From positions 166,358-230,357 of IMG/VR virus record IMGVR_UViG_3300011217_000001: a stretch of DNA of 64,000 nucleotides; one strand, given 5' to 3'. The notes under the pieces are model-generated. The model made no database searches. It worked only from the letters and a program-made list of their open reading frames with translations, and had not been told where the DNA came from. Shown piece by piece: positions 57,331-64,000 of the stretch; the stretch's first letter is position 1, and every line of letters begins with the position of its first letter. Made by a program: the position numbers and the translations under genes. Source of the stretch: a virus (Duplodnaviria > Caudoviricetes).

Positions 57331-57840
57331 TTATTCGCGGAAGTAGACCCGTCGCAGCGCAACGTCGCCTGTTCCGCCCAGTTGTAGATACTTGTCTTCG
57401 AACTCGATCGTGCACCGCGCACTGCTGTCTTTCAGCAAAATGACGTCGGGTACGATGTAACGCATCAGATCCTTGATCGACACCTCACGAATCGCGAGCT
57501 GTGTGCCTTCCTTTGTGACGTCCTCCAACAAGATGTGACTGACGCCACTTCCGGTCTTGTAGCAGTCAAGGATGGCGAAGATGATCTCCGCTTCCAGATT
57601 CTGGAGCGGCGGATGAAACGCGTAGGTAGTCTTTCCGTGGAACGTAGCCATCAGCTCAACGCTCTTGGCACGCCCCGACAGCGACACTTCTCCTGCCCGA
57701 TACCGAATCCTCCTTGGATTGGTGTGCTCGGTTACCAGACGGCAATGATCCGCGTATCTGACCTTCTCTTCCTCTGAGTAGTCAGGCGCGAGGGCCTCAA
57801 AAAGCGCCATTGCCACCTTGGCAATTGTCCCCTGTTTCAT
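57331..57840 (-). CDS. Accessory hypothetical protein with its own promoter
   Basis: Promoter-like TTTCAGACCTACACTAT at 57905-57921; downstream hairpin. Confidence 0.65.
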   Translation of the reverse strand: MKQGTIAKVAMALFEALAPDYSEEEKVRYADHCRLVTEHTNPRRIRYRAGEVSLSGRAKSVELMATFHGKTTYAFHPPLQNLEAEIIFAILDCYKTGSGVSHILLEDVTKEGTQLAIREVSIKDLMRYIVPDVILLKDSSARCTIEFEDKYLQLGGTGDVALRRVYFRE

Positions 57841-58027
57841 TTGTGGACTCGTTAGGTGGATAAGGGATACATCACACCATATCCCTTCATCCGTATTCTT
57901 TTAGATAGTGTAGGTCTGAAACTGTTTTGACGACAAAAGAAAAGAGCGGGGGAACTCTTTTCTTCTTCCAACTATTACAGGCCATCGATTGTACAGCAAT
58001 CCCAGCGATCCCTTAACGGGGACTGGA

Positions 58028-58561
58028 TCAGAGTATTCGTGGTACAGGCGTTACCGGCATCATCATCAGACGACGGTCACCTCTGTGACTGTTGATCGTT
58101 ACAAGCATCAGGTTACTGGCGCAGCTATACTCGACTCCCAGATGCAACTTGTCGTTGAGCACAGTGGAGGCAAATGACAGCAGCCGGTTCCTGATGGCTC
58201 CTTCGCGGTAAGGGTGTTCCAGTACGTAGTAGATCCCGCTACGGTCCTTGTCGATCGTCCTCTTGTACAACTCCAGCAGTCTTTCCACGTAATCCATACG
58301 GGCCTGGTTGTTCACTGTCTCGTGAACCTCCGATACCCGCAGGTTACGTTTCTTCTCGCCGTCGTGAGAGAACCCTACGATCTCTACGTTCCGCTTGTTT
58401 AAGCAGACCTTGAAGTCATTGTCCTCATCACACAGGAACTGCTTTCCACCGAAGTGAGCAGGTGTCCTGTAATGACGGCGGGAGAATGACCGAAGGGTTT
58501 GGTGGAGTAAGGTATTCAGCTCATGACGGTTTCCATCACCTTGCGTGTTTGTGGTGTCCAT
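58028..58561 (-). CDS. Accessory hypothetical protein
   Basis: 177-aa ORF; lower GC; terminator-like stem at 57937-57964. Confidence 0.55.
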   Translation of the reverse strand: MDTTNTQGDGNRHELNTLLHQTLRSFSRRHYRTPAHFGGKQFLCDEDNDFKVCLNKRNVEIVGFSHDGEKKRNLRVSEVHETVNNQARMDYVERLLELYKRTIDKDRSGIYYVLEHPYREGAIRNRLLSFASTVLNDKLHLGVEYSCASNLMLVTINSHRGDRRLMMMPVTPVPRIL

Positions 58562-58635
58562 GGGGGATCATCCGTGTGGGATAACAACATAGCGGGGAGG
58601 CCCGAAGGCCTCCCCGTATGCCGCGCGAATCCCCG

Positions 58636-60054
58636 CTATGCTCGTGAGAGCCAATCTGCAATCGTCGAGACTACCGGACCCGGTAGCTTCACGTTATTGG
58701 AGATGGTTCGCGGGGCCATCAAGTCCAGCACCCCGAGGTGGGGTGACAGGCGTTGAAGCTTGTCATACATATCCTTGTCGAGAATCAGGATAACGTTCAA
58801 GGCGTCGCCATCGAAATCTGCATTAGGTCCGACAAGGGTCAGTACCGACATGGAGATGGTAACGTCACGGACGTTGGTCTTGATCTTCGTCACCAAGAAC
58901 CGCTGAGCACTCAGACGGTCCAGGGTTGGATTGCGCTGCAGGATGATCGGCAAGCCGCCGTGCGCGGACTCTTCGATCAGTTCCTTGAAGATGCTGTCAA
59001 TCAACGGGTCATACCGCAGGGTATTGTCGTTGATGTAACGCGCGGCCTCCTTGGGCGTCATGCCCAGCCGCTTGAGCTTGTTCTGGATGTGGAGCTTGTA
59101 GCCGACCACGGCCAGGGACCATGGCAGGTGAACTTCTTCGTAGTGGTGATTCTCGCTGATCGAGGAAATCACCGCTCGTGCACTGAAGAAGAATCGGGAA
59201 CCGAAGATGTGCTTTCGGGCCCAACCTTCACGCGCACCGAAGGGTTTGCCATGGAAGGCCATGTAGTACTGAGTCATCAGCACATTGGCTTTCACTGCTC
59301 GGGACTGGAGGACATCCAGTGTGAGCGGCCTTACCGAGTTCACAGCTCCGGAGATCGTCCGGAATGCCGCAAATGCCGGAGTGGCCATCTGCGTGTCCAT
59401 GAAGAACCCAACGCTGGTGTCTTCTGCCACGAAAGACATCTTGTTGGGGATCGGCAGGTACTTGGAGAAGATTGCTGGGCGGTTCTCGTTGACGAACTGG
59501 ATCAGGTCTGCTTTCTCATCCTTGCGGATGTTGAGCAGGCGCTCCTTCATGAGAATCTCGAAGATCTTGTCGAAATTGTCATGGAAGAAGTTGATGCCCC
59601 GAGGAATGTCTGCACGGCGCAGGCGTTCCATGATGTGCTCGGGATATCGGTTGGCCTTGTAGTACGGATTGACCAGGTATTCCAGAACGTTGAAACCGGA
59701 GTGGGTCATGTACTTGCTGAAGATGACCCAGATCAGTGGATTGATGAAAGCACGCACGCCAGGCGGCGGCGCCATCCACATGTCCGATTCGATGTTGCGC
59801 TCACTGACAACCAGACACTGGTAGCCACACTCAGGACAGATCATCCCGGTGAAGCGACCGCCGGTCAGGTGACCGCACTGGCAGCGCGGCAACACGTCCA
59901 AGGGCGAGTCGCCTTCGTAACGTGTGAACAGTCGTGAGTCGAGCCGCTTTCGATCTTCCTCGGTCTTCAGGTTGTAATCGTTGATGAACATCGGATCCAC
60001 GGACAAGCTATTGAACAGCTTGTTATGGTCGACGATCTCGAACATGATTGACAA
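58636..60054 (-). CDS. Non-virion RNAP beta' N-terminal/catalytic subunit (phiKZ gp55/56.1-like), uninterrupted
   Basis: Zn finger CQCG...CPECG, RKHIFGSRFFFSARAVI, LQRNPTL and the catalytic NADFDGD. Confidence 0.93.
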   Translation of the reverse strand: MSIMFEIVDHNKLFNSLSVDPMFINDYNLKTEEDRKRLDSRLFTRYEGDSPLDVLPRCQCGHLTGGRFTGMICPECGYQCLVVSERNIESDMWMAPPPGVRAFINPLIWVIFSKYMTHSGFNVLEYLVNPYYKANRYPEHIMERLRRADIPRGINFFHDNFDKIFEILMKERLLNIRKDEKADLIQFVNENRPAIFSKYLPIPNKMSFVAEDTSVGFFMDTQMATPAFAAFRTISGAVNSVRPLTLDVLQSRAVKANVLMTQYYMAFHGKPFGAREGWARKHIFGSRFFFSARAVISSISENHHYEEVHLPWSLAVVGYKLHIQNKLKRLGMTPKEAARYINDNTLRYDPLIDSIFKELIEESAHGGLPIILQRNPTLDRLSAQRFLVTKIKTNVRDVTISMSVLTLVGPNADFDGDALNVILILDKDMYDKLQRLSPHLGVLDLMAPRTISNNVKLPGPVVSTIADWLSRA

Positions 60055-60158
60055 GGAACATCTCCGTTAGGGCATAGAGACAAAAAAGAAAGACCGGGGG
60101 TTTTACCCCCCGGCCTCTCAACTACATCGACGCACTACTTGCGCAGTGCGCTTGCTGC

Positions 60159-62135
60159 TTACCAGCGGTTGGAGTAGCGGCCACGACCGAAGGCCGAACC
60201 ACCACGGCCGCCGTTGTCGCGATCGCGACCGTCGCGGTACAGGCTCGACACGCGATCCGAACGGATGGCGTTGCGAGTGGCGTCCGCACGACCACGGCTG
60301 GTGCCCTGGCGGTAGTCCAGGTTCAGGCTGCTGGAGCGCATGTCCATGTCGGCGTCCTGCAGGCCGAGCACCAGGGCTTCGATGAACTCCGAGGTGAACT
60401 CGATGACACGGGCGTAGGCCTTGATTTCCAGCGTCTCGTTGGTGGCGTGACGGAGGATCTCGGTGCGCTTGTGCAGGCGAACGGCCAGCGGCTGGGAGGT
60501 GTCGTCGTGGGTGATCGACAGGTCTTCGACGATGTCCATGTCGTTCTTGCCGAACAGGTTCAGCGCGGCCAGGTAGTCGTCCACTTCACGCGGGTCGCGC
60601 TGGTCGCCGTGCTTGTCCTTGTAGGTGCCCAGGATCACACGGTCTTCCAGGTCGATCGCGATCTTGGTGCCGTCCAGCTCCTTGAAGCGATCACCGAAGT
60701 GACCATCGGTCAGGTTGTCGGCGGCCTTGTAGATCATGTCGGCCACTTCCGCACTGCCCTTGCCGCCTTCCGCTGCTGCCAGCAGTGCCAGCGTCAGCCA
60801 GGACTGGTCGCCGGATTCTTCGATGTGCATGCGCACGACGAGGTCCGGAGTCATGGCGTCTTCGATCAGCTCGTTCAGCGCACGACGATCGAAGTCGGCA
60901 CGCTGGGTGTCGATCAGTTCGCCCTTCGCGCCCGGCTCCAGGTGCGGAGCCAGCTCGTAGCCGATGGCGCCGATGTCACGCAGGTGAGCACGGGCGTCGT
61001 CGTGACGCAGGAACTGATTCACCCACTCCTGGCGACGGTCCATGATGGTGGAGGTCGCGATGGTGAGGAGCAGCAGCTCCATGGTCAGGGCCGAGATCTT
61101 GTTGGCCGCACGGGTGATCACCAGCGCCGGCTGGTACAGCGGATCGATGTAATCGCGGCGGCGATCACGGCGATCACGACGACGGTCGTCACGACCCTGC
61201 GGGATGTAGACCAGGTCCATGTAGCCGTCGAGGCGGGTCAGCGCCACGTCGGTGCTGTGCAGCACTTCTTCGTCGGTAGCATCGTCACGGTCACGATCAT
61301 CGCGGCTGCGGTTCTCGCTGGCGGACAGTTCGATGGCGAAGTCGGTACGGATCGGCAGGCCGCCGGCCGAGATCAGCGGCGTCGGGTTGCTGTCGATGTT
61401 CACGGACAGGACGGTCTTCTTGCCCAGCAGCTGCGGCGAGAAGGGGGTTTCCTGCTGGCCGGTGGCGCGGTCCAGGACGGTGAAGCAGGCCTGGGTGGCG
61501 ATCTGGACGCACTGCTTCAGCTTGGCTTCGTGCTTCTCCGGGTCCACGGTGTTGTGGATGACCAGGGTGCCGGCGTCGTACAGCTCGACGCTGGCGCCGC
61601 TCAGTTCGGCCAGGGCGCGGCTCACCTTGTCGGTCAGGGCCGGGCCTTCCAGGTCGCCGGCGACCAGCTGACGGGTGTAGCTGCTGGAGCCGATGTTGAC
61701 CGGACGGGTCAGGCGGGCGCCGCTGCCGGTGCCTTCCAGGATCAGCTTGAACGCGCCGGTGTACTGGCTGTTGCCCGAACGCTCGTTGAAGTAGATCACC
61801 AGGACCGAGAAGCCGGTCTTGATCTGGTTGCGATCCAGGGCCAGCACGCCGAAGCTGCCGTCGTAGGTCGACTTCAGGTTGTCCTTCAGGATGTCCTGGA
61901 TCTTGTTCTTGACGGTGGTCAGCAGTTCGCCGTTGCCTTCGATCGACATCGGACGGGCCAGATCGGCCTCGATGCTGCTCACGCCCGGACGGCGGCTGGC
62001 ACGGCCTTCGCGCTGGCTGCGGCCTTCATCACGATCACCACGGGCTTCGCGGCGCTCGTTGCCACTCGGCACGGATTCACGTGCACGGTCGCGGGAGGTG
62101 GCCTGGGCGCCGTTTTCTTCGGTGTTCACACTCAT
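60159..62135 (-). CDS. chmA: Chimallin (ChmA/PhuN), major phage nuclear shell protein (phiKZ gp54-like)
   Basis: About 658 aa with very strong codon bias; immediately upstream of nvRNAP beta'N and divergent from the gp52-like gene; GLPIRTDF, LRDIGAIG and RVILGTY; early promoter upstream. Confidence 0.85.
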   Translation of the reverse strand: MSVNTEENGAQATSRDRARESVPSGNERREARGDRDEGRSQREGRASRRPGVSSIEADLARPMSIEGNGELLTTVKNKIQDILKDNLKSTYDGSFGVLALDRNQIKTGFSVLVIYFNERSGNSQYTGAFKLILEGTGSGARLTRPVNIGSSSYTRQLVAGDLEGPALTDKVSRALAELSGASVELYDAGTLVIHNTVDPEKHEAKLKQCVQIATQACFTVLDRATGQQETPFSPQLLGKKTVLSVNIDSNPTPLISAGGLPIRTDFAIELSASENRSRDDRDRDDATDEEVLHSTDVALTRLDGYMDLVYIPQGRDDRRRDRRDRRRDYIDPLYQPALVITRAANKISALTMELLLLTIATSTIMDRRQEWVNQFLRHDDARAHLRDIGAIGYELAPHLEPGAKGELIDTQRADFDRRALNELIEDAMTPDLVVRMHIEESGDQSWLTLALLAAAEGGKGSAEVADMIYKAADNLTDGHFGDRFKELDGTKIAIDLEDRVILGTYKDKHGDQRDPREVDDYLAALNLFGKNDMDIVEDLSITHDDTSQPLAVRLHKRTEILRHATNETLEIKAYARVIEFTSEFIEALVLGLQDADMDMRSSSLNLDYRQGTSRGRADATRNAIRSDRVSSLYRDGRDRDNGGRGGSAFGRGRYSNRW

Positions 62136-62199
62136 TGTTTCTACCTTCTTCTGGTTTTGATGGTTTGCGCGCAACGCATCTTTGGGATACGTCAATTGG

Positions 62200-62228
62200 A
62201 TGATATATGCTTAAAAAGCGTTTAAATC
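62200..62228 (-). promoter_or_regulatory. Putative early promoter of chimallin
   Basis: GATTTAAACGCTTTTTAAGCATATATCAT. Confidence 0.7.
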
Positions 62229-62389
62229 AAATTACGTCGAACGTACGCTCCCCGCATATCTCAGCAGCCGAAGCTGCCGAGGGGTTGTTTCCCTATACCA
62301 TAGGGTGAGAATGCGTATTTTTTTACACGCACTCCCTGCAGCTAGTCCTGCAAATACTGTGTAGCTTACCACTTATTCTGGAGCACTCA

Positions 62390-63484
62390 ATGCTCGACAT
62401 CTTCAACCCCTCAGCGACGTGGAGTCGCGGTCAGGTTGTGATAGGTCGGTTTGAATACGTCCGTCGGCAGCTCCAACAGAACCTGTCCACGGCGATCAAC
62501 TGGCATCGCCAAAATCCGCAGTCCGTAGCCACAACGCACATTCTTTCACGCTTCTTGGCATCCACCTCCGTACCATTGTCCTTGGACGTAAGAACTTACA
62601 AAGATCGCTTCGCCGACATGGCGTTGAACCGGTCGATGTCCATGCAGATGACATCCATCCTGGCCAAGGGTGAGATGACTCGCAATGGGTCGTTCTACGG
62701 TAAGGGCAGCAACGAGGTGGTGATTGCAGACATCTCTGACTTCGATGTCAGTGATATCGAGAACACCTGGCAGGATCTGGAGCCGGTGCGTGTACTGCGC
62801 CATCCCTCCACTGATCTGAACATGCCTTTCCCCAATGGTCGAAATGACTTCGGTGGGATCAGCGTGTTCTTGGTCAACCTGCCCATGCTCGGCGCCCAGT
62901 TCAAGATGTGGTCCGATGCACAAGGAGCCTACCCTGATCGCAACATGGCCATCGTACAGTTCCTGACGCAGTTGCCTCTGGCCAACATGATGCGCTCTCA
63001 GCTGGACGTGGCGCTGTTCAATCGCATGCTGTACCTGCTGATGGGTCTGGACGTACCGAAGACCCGCAACACCAACAGCTTCGCTCTGAACGACTACCAC
63101 GACCTTGTGAACGATGTTCTGGAGCAGTACGTGCATGTCTCCAAGACGCGCCGTGCTGACTTCCCTGCGATGATTGCAGCGCTACCAGCGATCACCAAGA
63201 ACAACGTCCGTGAGGTCATGGACTTCAAGTTGCCGCTGCGCAACCGTTATGTGAACTGGGCTATCACGCTGGCTCACATCCCGGTGATCTCCTATCTGGT
63301 TCAGGCCAACGACGGTCTGTACGGTGAGGTCAATCAGCGCTACTTGAATGAGATCGCCATTGGTCTGAAGATCATGGAAAGCGATCGTTCGCTCAAGGGT
63401 GGGTTGGACGACGCAACCTTCGACAAGTCGATGGACGAGATCAACAACAACATCTCCCGGTTCCTCAACGTACCAGGGACATAA
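62390..63484 (+). CDS. phiKZ gp52-like conserved protein
   Basis: WQDLEPVRVLRHPSTDL and VNLPMLGAQF; GGAG SD; synteny. Confidence 0.7.
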   Translation: MLDIFNPSATWSRGQVVIGRFEYVRRQLQQNLSTAINWHRQNPQSVATTHILSRFLASTSVPLSLDVRTYKDRFADMALNRSMSMQMTSILAKGEMTRNGSFYGKGSNEVVIADISDFDVSDIENTWQDLEPVRVLRHPSTDLNMPFPNGRNDFGGISVFLVNLPMLGAQFKMWSDAQGAYPDRNMAIVQFLTQLPLANMMRSQLDVALFNRMLYLLMGLDVPKTRNTNSFALNDYHDLVNDVLEQYVHVSKTRRADFPAMIAALPAITKNNVREVMDFKLPLRNRYVNWAITLAHIPVISYLVQANDGLYGEVNQRYLNEIAIGLKIMESDRSLKGGLDDATFDKSMDEINNNISRFLNVPGT

Positions 63485-63521
63485 AGCAGAGGCAGGGGCG
63501 CGAGCCCCTGCCTCTATGCCC
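63477..63521. terminator. Bidirectional hairpin between convergent genes
   Basis: GACATA...AGAGGCAGGGGC-GCGA-GCCCCTGCCTCT-ATGCC. Confidence 0.7.
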
Positions 63522-64000
63522 TTACGCGTCTTCTTCCTCTTCTTCTTCCTCAGCTTCCTCGTCGAACCAATCCAGGTCGCTAGAGCCGAAGCTGTCCAGA
63601 TTCGCGTATGCTCCTGCGAATGGATCTTCGTCGGCTTCTTCTTCCTCGATTTCGAGAACAGCTGTATCTTCGTTCGGAGTGGACATGATCATCTCGACCT
63701 TGTCCGACACCAGTCGCGTCAGCCACTTGTTCTTCATGTGGATGTTCAGCGATTCCAGGATCAGATAGAACGGCTCCATCGTTGCAAAGATCAGCTTGCG
63801 GATGTTGACGCCGATGATCACTTCCTTGGGGATACCGATCGTGGAGAGGATCGACTCCGGCAGATACAGAGCGGTGAAGTGCTTCTTGTTGTTCGCCTCC
63901 AACCACTTGATCATGCGCTCAGCCAGTGCACGATCTTCGATCTCTGCCAACCACGCCTTCAGCTTTGCCGGCTTCTCGGTGTTCATGGCAATCTTGATCG
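63522..64000 (-). CDS. C-terminus of the split family-B DNA polymerase catalytic subunit (phiKZ gp50-like); 5' part outside the window
   Basis: GIPKEVIIGVNIRKLI...PFYLILESL...RLVSD; synteny with gp52/gp54; acidic tail. Confidence 0.65.
   Translation of the reverse strand, partial: IKIAMNTEKPAKLKAWLAEIEDRALAERMIKWLEANNKKHFTALYLPESILSTIGIPKEVIIGVNIRKLIFATMEPFYLILESLNIHMKNKWLTRLVSDKVEMIMSTPNEDTAVLEIEEEEADEDPFAGAYANLDSFGSSDLDWFDEEAEEEEEEEDA

Noticed and set aside
1-64000. tRNA, rRNA, CRISPR arrays, introns/inteins, homing endonucleases, IS elements, alternative genetic code
   Set aside because: None recognised by eye. Conserved genes are uninterrupted, and TAA, TAG and TGA all end genes normally.

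Overview
The window is a 64-kb segment of a GC-rich (about 60% by eye) phiKZ-like, nucleus-forming jumbo phage (Chimalliviridae), mostly encoded on the minus strand. From left to right it holds five blocks. (1) A dTTP-supply and lysis cluster: thyA, a ParB/Srx-fold protein, tmk, a modular endolysin, DHFR and a CX5R phosphatase. (2) A virion head and baseplate block syntenic with phiKZ gp101-gp83. (3) The exonuclease half of the split family-B DNA polymerase. (4) A ~4.3-kb island of small genes under early-type promoters. (5) A virion RNAP beta' fragment followed by the conserved phage-nucleus block: SF2 helicase, four nvRNAP subunits, gp70, PicA/Imp1, ChmC, SbcD, chimallin, gp52 and the second polymerase half. 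phiKZ gp numbers come from motif recognition plus recalled synteny, not from database searches. The most notable observations are: a candidate -1 programmed frameshift (T TTT TTC at 37007-37013) fusing the gp77-like gene to the next ORF; Arg/Asp mixed-charge low-complexity tracts shared by chimallin, PicA and gp70; a family of early micro-proteins with a membrane anchor and a histone-H1-like tail; recurring GC hairpins flanked by TATGY instead of a U-tract; and a fixed-length 29-bp early promoter.
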